The position numbers and the translations under genes are program-made. Shown one piece after another: positions 13,131 to 28,900 of a DNA stretch of 64,000 nucleotides. The stretch comes from the human T2T-CHM13v2.0 reference genome, Homo sapiens: NCBI RefSeq assembly GCF_009914755.1, contig NC_060939.1; one strand, given 5' to 3'. Positions within the stretch are counted from its first letter, which is position 1; each line of letters opens with the position of its first letter. Under the pieces are notes generated by a model, which was not told the DNA's origin, searched no databases, and was given only the letters and a program-made list of their open reading frames with translations.

Positions 13131-16100
13131 CATTCGTGTCCATTCCACTCCAGTCCATTCCATTCGTATCCATTCCATTCCAGTCCATTCCATTTGTGTC
13201 CACTGCATTCCATTCCACTCCATTCCATATTATTCCATTACACTCCATTCCATTCTATTACTTTCATTTCCATTCAATTCCATTCCATTTGATTATATTC
13301 CACTCGGTTTCATTCCATTTGAGTCCACTCCATTCCATTCCATTCCATTCAGTTCCATTCCATTCTGTTCCATTCCATTCCGTTCCATTACATTCCATTC
13401 CATTCGGTACCATTCCATATTGTTCCATTCGATTCCATTCGAATCCATTCCATTCCAGTCCATTCCATTCGATTCCATTCCATTCATTTCAATTCCATTA
13501 AATTCCATTCCATTACATTCCACTTGATTCCTCTCCATTCCCTTCCACTGCATTCCGTTCGATTCCATTCCATTGCATTGCATTCCATTCCATTGGATTG
13601 CATTCCATTCGATTCCATTCCATTCGAATCAATTACATAGCAATCCATTACATTCGAGTCTATTCTCTTCCGTTCCATTCGATTTCTTTCCAATCCATTC
13701 GATTCCATTCCATTCGATTCCATTCCAAACTATTGCATTCCATTCGATTACATTATATTCGAATAAGTTCCATTCAAGACCATTTCTTTTGAGTCCATTC
13801 TATATGAGTCCATTCCCTTTGATTCCATAACATTTGAGTCCATTCAATTCCATTCCTTTCGTTTCCATTCCATTTGATGCCATTCCATTCAATTCTGTTC
13901 TACTCGACTCCAATACATTCAATTCCATTCCATCCGATTCCATTACATTCTTTTCATTTCTTATCCATTTCAAGCCATTCCACTCCATTCCATTCCACTC
14001 GTTTCCTTTCCATTCGAGTCCATTCCTCTCCAGTCCATTCCGTTCAATCCATTCCATTCCAGTCCATTCCATTCGAGTCCATTCCATTCCAGTCCATTCC
14101 ATTCGAGTCAATTCCATTCCATTCGATGTCTTTCCATAACGATCCATTCCATTCTATTCCTTTCGATTCCATTCCATTCTATTTCATTCCATTCGATTCC
14201 CTTCCATTGGACTCCTTTCCATTCGAGTGCATTCCATTCCATTCCATTTCTTTCCGTTCTGTACGATTCCTACCGTTCGATTTCATTTTGTTCCAGTCCA
14301 TTCTTTCGCGTCCATTCCATTCCATTTCACTCCATTCGATTCCATTCCACTCGATTCCACTTCGTTCCATTTCATTGCATTCCATTCTATTCAACTCTAT
14401 TGCCTTCCATTCCATTCCATTCGATTACATTCCATGCGATTCCATTCGAAATCGAATCAATTACATTGCAATCCATTACTATTGAGTCCGTTTTATTCCA
14501 GTCCACTGCATTCTGGTCCATTCCATTTGATTCCATTCCATTCTATTCCATTCCATACAGTTGCATTCCATTGGATTCCATGCTATATCTATAAATTCAA
14601 TTCGAGACCATTGCTTTTGAGTCCATTCTATATGATTCCATTCCATTCAAGTCCATTACATTTGGTTAAATTCCATTCCATTCGGTTCAATTCCATTCCA
14701 TTCCATTCCCTTCCATTCCATTCCAGTTGATATCAATCCATTCGATTCCATTCCATTCGAGCACATTCCATTCGAGTCCATTCCATTCGATGCCATTCCA
14801 TTTGATTCTATTCCATTAGTCTCCATTCACTTCCATTAATCTCCATTCCATTCCATTCTACTCCAACTGATTCCATTCCATTCTATTCCTTTCCATTCCA
14901 TTTCATTCCATTCCATTCCATTTCATTCCATTCCATTCCATTCCATTCCATTTGCTTCCATTCCATTCGTGTCCATTGCATTCCAGTCCATTCCATTTGT
15001 GTCCACTGCATTCCATTCCACTCCATTCCATATTATTCCATTACACTCCATTCCATTCTATTACTTTCATTTCCATTCAATTCCATTCCATTTGATTCCA
15101 TTCCACTCGGTTTCATTCCATTTGAGTCCACTCCATTCCATTCCATTCAGTTCCATTCCATTCTGTTCCATTCCATTCCGTTCCATTGCATTCCATTCCA
15201 TTCGGTACCATTCCATATTGTTCCATTCGATTCCATTCGAATCCATTCCATTCCAGTCCATTCCATTCGATTCCATTCCATTCCTTTCAATTCCATTCCA
15301 TTCTATTCCATTCCACTTGATTCCACTCCATTCCCTTCCACTGCATTCCATTGCATTGCATTCCATTCCATTGGATTGCATTCCATTCGATTCCATTCCA
15401 TTCGAATCAATTACATAGCAATCCATTACATTCGAGTCTATTCTATTCCGTTCCATTCGATTTCGTTCCAATCCATTCGATTCCATTCCATTCGATTCCA
15501 TTCCATACTATTGCATTCCATTCGATTACATTATATTCCAATAAGTTCCATTCAAGACCATTTCTTTTGAGTCCATTCTATTTGAGTCCATTCCCTTTGA
15601 TTCCATAACATTTGAGTCCATTCAATTCCATTCCTTTCGTTTCCATTCCATTTGATGCCATTCCATTCAATTCTGTTCTACTCGACTCCAATACATTCAA
15701 TTCCATTCCATCCGATTCCATTACATTCTTTTCATTTCTTATCCATTTCAAGCCATTCCACTCCATTCCATTCCACTCGTTTCCTTTCCATTCGAGTCCA
15801 TTCCTCTCCAGTCCATTCCGTTCAATCCATTCCATTCCAGTCCATTCCATTCGAGTCCGTTCCATTCCAGTCCATTCCATTCGAGTCAATTCCATTCCAT
15901 TCGATGTCTTTCCATAACGATCCATTCCATTCTATTCCTTTCGATTCCATTCCATTCTATTTCATTCCATTCGATTCCCTTCCATTGGACTCCTTTCCAT
16001 TCGAGTGCATTCCATTCCGTTCCATTTCTTTCCGTTCTGTACGATTCCTACCGTTCGATTTCATTTTGTTCCAGTCCATTCCTTTCGCGTCCATTCCATT

Positions 16101-19100
16101 CCATTTCACTCCATTCGATTCCATTCCACTCGATTCCACTTCGTTCCATTTCATTGCATTCCATTCTATTCAACTCTATTGCCTTCCATTCCATTCCATT
16201 CGATTACATTCCATGCCATTCCATTCGAAATCGAATCAATTACATTGCAATCCATTACTATTGAGTCCGTTTTATTCCAGTCCACTGCATTCTGGTCCAT
16301 TCCATTTGATTCCATTCCATTCTATTCCATTCCATACAGTTGCATTCCATTGGATTCCATGCTATATCTATAAATTCAATTCGAGACCATTGCTTTTTAG
16401 TCCATTCTATATGATTCCATTCCATTCAAGTCCATTACATTTGGTTCAATTCCATTCCATTCCATTCCCTTCCATTCCATTCCATTTGATATCAATCCAT
16501 TCGATTCCATTCCATTCGAGCACATTCCATTCGAGTCCATTCCATTCGATGCCATTCCATTTGATTCTATTCCATTAGTCTCCATTCAATTCCATTAATC
16601 TCCATTCCATTCCATTCTACTCCAACTGATTCCATTCCATTCTATTCCTTTCCATTCCATTTCATTCCATTCCATTCCATTTCATTCCATTCCATTCCAT
16701 TCGCTTCCATTCCATTCGTGTCCATTCCACTCCAGTCCATTCCATTCGTGTCCATTCCATTCCAGTCCATTCCATTTGTGTCCACTGCATTCCATTCCAC
16801 TCCATTCCATATTATTCCATTACACTCCCTTCCATTCTATTACTTTCATTTCCATTCAATTCCATTCCATTTGATTCCATTCCACTCGGTTTCATTCCAT
16901 TTGAGTCCACTCCATTCCATTCCATTCCATTCAGTTCCATTCCATTCTGTTCCATTCCATTCCGTTCCATTACATTCCATTCCATTCGGTACCATTCCAT
17001 ATTGTTCCATTCGATTCCATTCGAATCCATTCCATTCCAGTCCATTCCATTCGATACCATTCCATTCATTTCAATTCCATTCCATTCCATTCCATTACAT
17101 TCCACTTGATTCCTCTCCATTCCCTTCCACTGCATTCCGTTCGATTCCATTCCATTGCATTGCATTCCATTCCATTGGATTGCATTCCATTCGATTCCAT
17201 TCCATTCGAATCAATTACATAGCAATCCATTACATTCGAGTCTATTCTATTCCGTTCCATTCGATTTCGTTCCAATCCATTCGATTCCATTCCATTCGAT
17301 TCCATTCCATACTATTGCATTCCATTCGATTACATTATATTCGAATAATTTCCATTCAAGACCATTTCTTTTGAGTCCATTCTATTTGAGTCCATTCCCT
17401 TTGATTCCATAACATTTGAGTCCATTCAATTCCATTCCTTTCGTTTCCATTCCATTTGATGCCATTCCATTCAATTCAGTTCTACTCGACTCCAATACAT
17501 TCAATTCCATTCCATCCGATTCCATTACATTCTTTTCATTTCTTATCCATTTCAAGCCATTCCACTCCATTCCATTCCACTCGTTTCCTTTCCATTCGAG
17601 TCCATTCCTCTCCAGTCCATTCCGTTCAATCCATTCCATTCCAGTCCATTCCATTCGAGTCCGTTCCATTTCAGTCCATTCCATTCGAGTCAATTCCATC
17701 CCATTCGATGTCTTTCCATAACGATCCATTCCATTCTATTCCTTTCGATTCCATTCCATTCTATTTCATTGCATTCGATTCCCTTCCATTGGACTCCTTT
17801 CCATTCGAGTGCATTCCATTCCGTTCCATTTCTTTCCGTTCTGTACGATTCCTACCGTTCGATTTCATTTTGTTCCAGTCCATTCCTTTCGCGTCCATTC
17901 CATTCCATTTCACTCCATTCGATTCCATTCCACTCGATTAGACTTCGTTCCATTTCATTGCATTCCATTCTATTCAACTCTATTGCCTTCCATTCCATTC
18001 CATTCGATTACATTCCATGCGATTCCATTCGAAATCGAATCAATTACATTGCAATCCATTACTATTGAGTCCATTTTATTCCAGTCCACTGCATTCTGGT
18101 CCATTCCATTTGATTCCATTACATTCTATTCCATTCCATACAGTTGCATTCCATTGGATTCCATTCTATATGTATAAATTCAATTCGAGACCATTGCTTT
18201 TGAGTCCATTCTATATGATTCCATTCCATTCAAGTCCATTACATTTGGTTCAATTCCATTCCATTCCATTCCCTTCCATTCCATTCCAGTTGATATCAAT
18301 CCATTCGATTCCATTCCATTAGAGCACATTCCATTCGAGTCCATTCCATTCGATGCCATTCCATTTGATTCTATTCCATTAGTCTCCATTCAATTCCATT
18401 AATCTCCATTCCATTCCATTCTACTCCAACTGATTCCATTCCATTCTATTCCTTTCCATTCCATTTCATTCCATTCCATTCCATTTCATTCCATTCCATT
18501 CCATTCCATTCCACTCCAGTCCATTCTATTCGTGTCCATTCCATTCCAGTCCATTCCATTTGTGTCCACTGCATTCCATTCCACTCCATTCCATATTATT
18601 CCATTACACTCCATTCCATTCTATTACTTTCATTTCCATTCAATTCCATTCCATTTGATTCCATTCCACTCGGTTTCATTCCATTTGAGTCCACTCCATT
18701 CCATTCCATTCCATTCCATTCAGTTCCATTCCATTCTGTTCCATTCCATTCCGTTCCATTGCATTCCATTCCATTCGGTACCATTCCATATTGTTCCATT
18801 CGATTCCATTCGAATCCATTCCATTCCAGTCCATTCCATTCGATTCCATTCCATTCCTTTCAATTCCATTCCATTCCATTCCATTCCACTTGATTCCACT
18901 CCATTCCCTTCCACTGCATTCCATTCGATTCCATTCCATTGCATTGCATTCCATTCCATTGGACTGCATTCCATTCGATTCCATTCCATTCGAATCAATT
19001 ACATAGCAATCCATTACATTCGAGTCTATTCTATTCCGTTCAATTCGATTTTGTTCCAATCCATTCGATTCCATTCCATTCGATTCCATTCCATACTATT

Positions 19101-20399
19101 GCATTCCATTCGATTACATTATATTCGAATAAGTTCCATTCAAGACCATTTCTTTTGAGTCCATTCTATTTGAGTCCATTCCCTTTGATTCCATAACATT
19201 TGAGTCCATTCAATTCCATTCCTTTCGTTTCCATTCCATTTGATGCCATTCCATTCAATTCTGTTCTACTCGACTCCAATACATTCAATTCCATTCCATC
19301 CGATTCCATTACATTCTTTTCATTTCTTATCCATTTCAAGCCATTCCACTCCATTCCATTCCACTCGTTTCCTTTCCATTCGAGTCCATTCCTCTCCAGT
19401 CCATTCCGTTCAATCCATTCCATTCCAGTCCATTCCATTCGAGTCCGTTCCATTCCAGTCCATTCCATTCGAGTCAATTCCATTCCATTCGATGTCTTTC
19501 CATAACGATCCATTCCATTCTATTCCTTTCGATTCCATTCCATTCTATTTCATTCCATTCGATTCCCTTCCATTGGACTCCTTTCCATTCGAGTGCATTC
19601 CATTCCGTTCCATTTCTTTCCGTTCTGTACGATTCCTACCGTTCGATTTCATTTTGTTCCAGTCCATTCCTTTCGCGTCCATTCCATTCCATTTCACTCC
19701 ATTCGATTCCATTCCACTCGATTCCACTTCGTTCCATTTCATTGCATTCCATTCTATTCAACTCTATTGCCTTCCATTCCATTCCATTCGATTACATTCC
19801 ATGCGATTCCATTCGAAATCGAATCAATTACATTGCAATCCATTACTATTGAGTCCGTTTTATTCCAGTCCACTGCATTCTGGTCCATTCCATTTGATTC
19901 CATTCCATTCTATTCCATTCCATACAGTTGCATTCCATTGGATTCCATGCTATATCTATAAATTCATTTCGAGACCATTGCTTTTGAGTCCATTCTATAT
20001 GATTCCATTCCATTCAAGTCCATTACATTTGGTTCAATTCCATTCCATTCCATTCCCTTCCATTCCATTCCATTTGATATCAATCCATTCGATTCCATTC
20101 CATTCGAGCACATTCCATTCGAGTCCATTCCATTCGATGCCATTCCATTTGATTCTATTCCATTAGTCTCCATTCAATTCCATTAATCTCCATTCCATTC
20201 CATTTTACTCCAACTGATTCCATTCCATTCTATTCCTTTCCATTCCATTTCATTCCATTCCATTCCATTCCATTCCATTCCATTCCATTCCATTCGTGTC
20301 CATTCCACTCCAGTCCATTCCATTCGTGTCCATTCCATTCCAGTCCATTCCATTTGTGTCCACTGCATTCCATTCCACTCCATTCCATATTATTCCATT

Positions 20400-23300
20400 A
20401 CACTCCATTCCATTCTATCACTTTCATTTCCTTCAATTCCATTCCATTTGATTCCATTCCACTCGGTTTCATTCCATTTGAGTCCACTCCATTCCATTCC
20501 ATTCCATTCCATTCAGTTCCATTCCATTCTGTTCCATTCCATTCCGTTCCATTACATTCCATTCCATTCGGTACCATTCCATATTGTTCCATTCGATTCC
20601 ATTCGAATCCATTCCATTCCAGTCCATTCCATTCGATTCCATTCCATTCATTTCAACTCCATTCCATTCCATTCCATTACATTCCACTTGATTCCTCTCC
20701 ATTCCCTTCCACTGCATTCCGTTCGATTCCATTCCATTGCATTGCATTCCATTCCATTGGATTGCATTCCATTCGATTCCATTCCATTCGAATCAATTAC
20801 ATAGCAATCCATTACATTCGAGTCTATTCTATTCCGTTCCATTCGATTTCGTTCCAATCCATTCGATTCCATTCCATTCGATTCCATTCCATACTATTGC
20901 ATTCCATTCGATTACATTATATTCGAATAAGTTCCATTCAAGACCATTTCTTTTGAGTCCATTCTATTTGAGTCCATTCCCTTTGATTCCATAACATTTG
21001 AGTCCATTCAATTCCATTCCTTTCGTTTCCATTCCATTTGATGCCATTCCATTCAATTCTGTTCTACTCGACTCCAATACATTCAATTCCATTCCATCCG
21101 ATTCCATTACATTCTTTTCATTTCTTATCCATTTCAAGCCATTCCACTCCATTCCATTCCACTCGTTTCCTTTCCATTCGAGTCCATTCCTCTCCAGTCC
21201 ATTCCGTTCAATCCATTCCATTCCAGTCCATTCCATTCGAGTCCGTTCCATTCCAGTCCATTCCATTCGAGTCAATTCCATTCCATTCGATGTCTTTCCA
21301 TAACGATCCATTCCATTCTATTCCTTTCGATTCCATTCCATTCTATTTCATTCCATTCGATTCCCTTCCATTGGACTCCTTTCAATTCGAGTGCATTCCA
21401 TTCCTTTCCATTTCTTTCCGTTCTGTACGATTCCTACCGTTCGATTTCATTTTGTTCCAGTCCATTCCTTTCGCGTCCATTCCATTCCATTTCACTCCAT
21501 TCGATTCCATTCCACTCGATTCCACTTCGTTCCATTTCATTGCATTCCATTCTATTCAACTCTATTGCCTTCCATTCCATTCCATTCGATTACATTCCAT
21601 GCGATTCCATTCGAAATCGAATCAATTACATTGCAATCCATTACTATTGAGTCCGTTTTATTCCAGTCCACTGCATTCTGGTCCATTCCATTTGATTCCA
21701 TTCCATTCTATTCCATTCCATACAGTTGCATTCCATTGGATTCCATGCTATATCTATAAATTCAATTCGAGACCATTGCTTTTGAGTCCATTCTATATGA
21801 TTCCATTCCATTCAAGTCCATTACATTTGGTTCAATTCCATTCCATTCCATTCCCTTCCATTCCATTCCATTTGATATCAATCCATTCGATTCCATTCCA
21901 TTCGAGCACATTCCATTCGAGTCCATTCCATTCGATGCCATTCCATTTGATTCTATTCCATTAGTCTCCATTCAATTCCATTAATCTCCATTCCATTCCA
22001 TTCTACTCCAACTGATTCCATTCCATTCTATTCCTTTCCATTCCATTTCATTCCATTCCATTCCATTTCATTCCATTCCATTCCATTCGTGTCCATTCCA
22101 CTCCAGTCCATTCCATTCCAGTCCATTCCATTTGTGTCCACTGCATTCCATTCCACTCCATTCCATATTATTCCATTACACTCCATTCCATTCTATTACT
22201 TTCATTTCCATTCAATTCCATTCCATTTGATTCCATTCCACTCGGTTTCATTCCATTTGAGTCCACTCCATTCCATTCCATTCCATTCAGTTCCATTCCA
22301 TTCTGTTCCATTCCATTCCGTTCCATTACATTCCATTCCATTCGGTACCATTCCATATTGTTCCATTCGATTCCATTCGAATCCATTCCATTCCAGTCCA
22401 TTCCATTCGATACCATTCCATTCATTTCAATTCCATTCCATTCCATTCCATTACATTCCACTTGATTCCTCTCCATTCCCTTCCACTGCATTCCGTTCGA
22501 TTCCATTCCATTGCATTGCATTCCATTCCATTGGATTGCATTCCATTCGATTCCATTCCATTCGAATCAATTACATAGCAATCCATTACATTCGAGTCTA
22601 TTCTATTCCGTTCCATTCGATTTCGTTCCAATCCATTCGATTCCATTCCATTCGATTCCATTCCATACTATTGCATTCCATTCGATTACATTATATTCGA
22701 ATAAGTTCCATTCAAGACCATTTCTTTTGAGTCCATTCTATTTGAGTCCATTCCCTTTGATTCCATAACATTTGAGTCCATTCAATTCCATTCCTTTCGT
22801 TTCCATTCCATTTGATGCCATTCCATTCAATTCTGTTCTACTCGACTCCAATACATTCAATTCCATTCCATGCGATTCCATTACGTTCTTTTCATTTCTT
22901 ATCCATTTCAAGCCATTCCACTCCATTCCATTCCACTCGGTTCCTTTCCATTCGAGTCATTCCTCTCCAGTCCATTCCGTTCAATCCATTCCATTCCAGT
23001 CCATTCCATTCGAGTCCGTTCCATTCCAGTCCATTCCATTCGAGTCAATTCCATTCCATTCGATGTCTTTCCATAACGATCCATTCCATTCTATTCCTTT
23101 CGATTCCATTCCATTCTATTTCATTCCATTCGATTCCCTTCCATTGGACTCCTTTCCATTCGAGTGCATTCCATTCCGTTCCATTTCTTTCCGTTCTGTA
23201 CGATTCCTACCGTTCGATTTCATTTTGTTCCAGTCCATTCCTTTCGCGTCCATTCCATTCCATTTCACTCCATTCGATTCCATTCCACTCGATTCCACTT

Positions 23301-25900
23301 CGTTCCATTTCATTGCATTCCATTCTATTCAACTCTATTGCCTTCCATTCCATTGCATTCGATTACATTCCATGCGATTCCATTCGAAATCGAATCAATT
23401 ACATTGCAATCCATTACTATTGAGTCCGTTTTATTCCAGTCCACTGCATTCTGTTCCATTCCATTTGATTCCATTCCATTCTATTCCATTCCATACAGTT
23501 GCATTCCATTGGATTCCATGCTATATCTATAAATTCAATTCGAGACCATTGCTTTTGAGTCCATTCCATATGATTCCATTCCATTCAAGTCCATTACATT
23601 TGGTTCAATTCCATTCCATTCCATTCCCTTCCATTCCATTCCATTTGATATCAATCCATTCGATTCCATTCCATTCGAGCACATTCCATTCGAGTCCATT
23701 CCATTCGATGCCATTCCATTTGATTCTATTCCATTAGTCTCCATTCAATTCCATTAATCTCCATTCCATTCCATTCTACTCCAACTGATTCCATTCCATT
23801 CTATTCCTTTCCATTCCATTTCATTCCATTCCATTCCATTTCATTCCATTCCATTCCATTCGCTTCCATTCCATTCGTGTCCATTCCACTCCATTCCATT
23901 CCATTCGTGTCAATTCCATTCCAGTCCTTTCCATTTGTGTCCACTGCACTCCATTCCACTCCATTCCATATTATTCCATTACACTCCATTCCATTCTATT
24001 ACTTTCATTTCCATTCAATTCCATTCCATTTTATTCCATTCCACTCGGTTTCATTCCATTTGAGTCCACTCCATTCCATTCCATTCCATTCAGTTCCATT
24101 CCATTCTGTTCCATTCCATTCCGTTCCGTTACATTCCATTCCATTCGGTACCATTCCATATTGTTCCATTCGATTCCATTCGAATCCATTCCATTCCAGT
24201 CCATTCCATTCGATTCCATTCCATTCATTTCAATTCCATTCCATTCCATTCCATTACATTCCACTTGATTCCTCTCCATTCCCTTCCACTGCATTCCGTT
24301 CGATTCCATTCCATTGCATTGCATTCCATTCCATTGGATTGCATTCCATTCGATTCCATTCCATTCGAATCAATTACATAGCAATCCATTACATTCGAGT
24401 CTATTCTCTTCCGTTCCATTCGGTTTCGTTCCAATCCATTCGATTCCATTCCATTCGATTCCATTCCATACTATTGCATTCCATTCGATTACATTATATT
24501 CGAATAAGTTCCATTCAAGACCATTTCTTTTGAGTCCATTCTATTTGAGTCCATTCCCTTTGATTCCATAACATTTGAGTCCATTCAATTCCATTCCTTT
24601 CGTTTGCATTCCATTTGATGCCATTCCATTCAATTCTGTTCTACTCGACTCCAATACATTCAATTCCATTCCATCCGATTCCATTACATTCTTTTCATTT
24701 CTTATCCATTTCAAGCCATTCCACTCCATTCCATTCCACTCGTTTCCTTTCCATTCGAGTCCATTCCTCTCCAGTCCATTCCGTTCAATCCATTCCATTC
24801 CAGTCCATTCCATTCGAGTCCGTTCCATTCCAGTCCATTCCATTCGAGTCAATTCCATTCCATTCGATGTCTTTCCATAACGATCCATTCCATTCTATTC
24901 CTTTCGATTCCATTCCATTCTATTTCATTCCATTCGATTCCCTTCCATTGGACTCCTTTCCATTCGAGTGCATTCCATTCCGTTCCATTTCTTTCCGTTC
25001 TGTACGATTCCTACCGTTCGATTTCATTTTCTTCCAGTCCATTCCTTTCGCGTCCATTCCATTCCATTTCACTCCATTCGATTCCATTCCACTCGATTCC
25101 ACTTCGTTCCATTTCATTGCATTCCATTCTATTCAACTCTATTGCCTTCCATTCCATTCCATTCGATTACATTCCATGCGATTCCATTCGAAATCGAATC
25201 AATTACATTGCAATCCATTACTATTGAGTCCATTTTATTCCAGTCCACTGCATTCTGGTCCATTCCATTTGATTCCATTCCATTCTATTCCATTCCATAC
25301 AGTTGCATTCCATTGGATTCCATTCTATATCTATAAATTCAATTCGAGACCATTGCTTTTGAGTCCATTCTATATGATTCCATTCCATTCAAGTCCATTA
25401 CATTTGGTTCAATTCCATTCCATTCCATTCCCTTCCATTCCATTCCATTTGATATCAATCCATTCGATTCCATTCCATTCGAGCACATTCCATTCGAGTC
25501 CATTCCATTCGATGCCATTACATTTGATTCTATTCCATTAGTCTCCATTCAATTCCATTAATCTCCATTCCATTCCATTCTACTCCAACTGATTCCATTC
25601 CATTCTATTCCTTTCTATTCCATTTCATTCCATTCCATTCCATTTCATTCCATTCCATACCATTCGTGTCCATTCCACTCCAGTCCATTCCATTCGTGTC
25701 CATTCCATTCCAGTCCATTCCATTTGTGTCCACTGCATTCCATTCCACTCCATTCCATATTATTCCATTACACTCCATTCCATTCTATCACTTTCATTTC
25801 CATTCAATTCCATTCCATTTGATTCCAGTCCACTCGGTTTCATTCCATTTGAGTCCACTCCATTCCATTCCATTGCATTCCATTCAGTTCCATTCCATTC
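20400..25900 (+). repeat. Cryptic segmental duplication II, copy 1 (partner ~42000-47500)
   Basis: Shared rare SNVs, a 15-bp deletion and a 1-bp deletion at constant offset 21594. Confidence 0.9.
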
Positions 25901-28900
25901 TGTTCCATTCCATTCCGTTCCATTACATTCCATTCCATTCGGTACCATTCCATATTGTTCCATTCGATTCCATTCGAATCCATTCCATTCCAGTCCATTC
26001 CATTCGATTCCATTCCATTCATTTCAATTCCATTCCATTCCATTCCATTACATTCCACTTGATTCCTCTCCATTCCCTTCCACTGCATTCCGTTCGATTC
26101 CATTCCATTGCATTGCATTCCATTCCATTGGATTGCATTCCATTCGATTCCATTCCATTCGAATCAATTACATAGCAATCCATTACATTCGAGTCTATTC
26201 TATTCCGTTCCATTCGATTTCGTTCCAATCCATTCGATTCCATTCCATTCGATTCCATTCCATACTATTGCATTCCATTCGATTACATTATATTCGAATA
26301 AGTTCCATTCAAGACCATTTCTTTTGAGTCCATTCTATTTGAGTCCATTCCCTTTGATTCCATAACATTTGAGTCCATTCAATTCCATTCCTTTCGTTTC
26401 CATTCCATTTGATGCCATTCCATTCAATTCTGTTCTACTCGACTCCAATACACTCAATTCCATTCCATCCGATTCCATTACATTCTTTTCATTTCTTATC
26501 CATTTCAAGCCATTCCACTCCATTCCATTCCACTCGTTTCCTTTCCATTCGAGTCCATTCCTCTCCAGTCCATTCCGTTCAATCCATTCCATTCCAGTCC
26601 ATTCCATTCGAGTCCGTTCCATTCCAGTCCATTCCATTCGAGTCAATTCCATTCCATTCGATGTCTTTCCATAACGATCCATTCCATTCTATTCCTTTCG
26701 ATTCCATTCCATTCTATTTCATTCCATTCGATTCCCTTCCATTGGACTCCTTTCCATTCGAGTGCATTCCATTCCTTTCCATTTCTTTCCGTTCTGTACG
26801 ATTCCTACCGTTCGATTTCATTTTGTTCCAGTCCATTCCTTTCGCGTCCATTCCATTCCATTTCACTCCATTCGATTCCATTCCACTCGATTCCACTTCG
26901 TTCCATTTCATTGCATTCCATTCTATTCAACTCTATTGCCTTCCATTCCATTCCATTCGATTACATTCCATGCGATTCCATTCGAAATCGAATCAATTAC
27001 ATTGCAATCCATTACTATTGAGTCCGTTTTATTCCAGTCCACTGCATTCTGGTCCATTCCATTTGATTCCATTCCATTCTATTCCATTCCATACAGTTGC
27101 ATTCCATTGGATTCCATGCTATATCTATAAATTCAATTCGAGACCATTGCTTTTGAGTCCATTCTATATGATTCCATTCCACTCAAGTCCATTACATTTG
27201 GTTCAATTCCATTCCATTCCATTCCCTTCCATTCCATTCCATTTGATATCAATCCATTCGATTCCATTCCATTCGAGCACATTCCATTCGAGTCCATTCC
27301 ATTCGATGCCATTCCATTTGATTCTATTCCATTAGTCTCCATTTAATTCCATTAATCTCCATTCCATTCCATTCTACTCCAACTGATTCCATTCCATTCT
27401 ATTCCTTTCCATTCCATTTCATTCCATTCCATTCCATTTCATTCCATTCCATTCCATTTCATTCCATTCCATTCCATTCGTGTCCATTCCACTCCAGTCC
27501 ATTCCATTCGTGTCCATTCCATTCCAGTCCATTCCATTTGTGTCCACTGCATTCCATTCCACTCCATTCCATATTATTCCATTACACTCCATTCCATTCT
27601 ATTACTTTCATTTCCATTCAATTCCATTCCATTTGATTCCATTCCACTCGGTTTCATTCCATTTGAGTCCACTCCATTCCATTCCATTCCATTCCATTCA
27701 GTTCCATTCCATTCTGTTCCATTCCATTCCGTTCCATTACATTCCATTCCATTCGGTACCATTCCATATTGTTCCATTCGATTCCATTCGAATCCATTCC
27801 ATTCCAGTCCATTCCATTCGATTCCATTCCATTCATTTCAATTCCATTCCATTCAATTCCATTACATTCCACTTTATTCCTCTCCATTCCCTTCCACTGC
27901 ATTCCATTCGATTCCATTCCATTGCATTGCATTCCATTCCATTGGATTGCATTCCATTCGATTCCATTCCATTCGAATCAATTACATAGCAATCCATTAC
28001 ATTCGAGTCTATTCTATTCCGTTCCATTCGATTTCGTTCCAATCCATTCGATTCCATTCCATTCGATTCCATTCCATGCTATGGCATTCCATTCGATTAC
28101 ATTATATTCGAATAAGTTCCATTCAAGACCATTTCTTTTGAGTCCATTCTATTTGAGTCCATTCCCTTTGATTCCATAACATTTGAGTCCATTCAATTCC
28201 ATTCCTTTCGTTTCCATTCCATTTGATGCCATTCCATTCAATTCTGTTCTACTCGACTCCAATACATTCAATTCCATTCCATCCGATTCCATTACATTCT
28301 TTTCATTTCTTATCCATTTCAAGCCATTCCACTCCATTCCATTCCACTCGTTTCCTTTCCATTCGTGTCCATTCCTCTCCAGTCCATTCCGTTCAATCCA
28401 TTCCATTCCAGTCCATTCCATTCGAGTCCGTTCCATTCCAGTCCATTCCATTCGAGTCAATTCCATTCCATTCGATGTCTTTCCATAACGATCCATTCCA
28501 TTCTATTCCTTTCGATTCCATTCCATTCTATTTCATTCCATTCGATTCCCTTCCATTGGACTCCTTTCCATTCGAGTGCATTCCATTCCGTTCCATTTCT
28601 TTCCGTTCTGTACGATTCCTACCGTTCGATTTCATTTTGTTCCAGTCCATTCCTTTCGCGTCCATTCCATTCCATTTCACTCCATTCGATTCCATTCCAC
28701 TCGATTCCACTTCGTTCCATTTCATTGCATTCCGTTCTATTCAACTCTATTGCCTTCCATTCCATTCCATTCGATTACATTCCATGCGATTCCATTCGAA
28801 ATCGAATCAATTACATTGCAATCCATTACTATTGAGTCCGTTTTATTCCAGTCCACTGCATTCTGGTCCATTCCATTTGATTCCATTCCATTCTATTCCA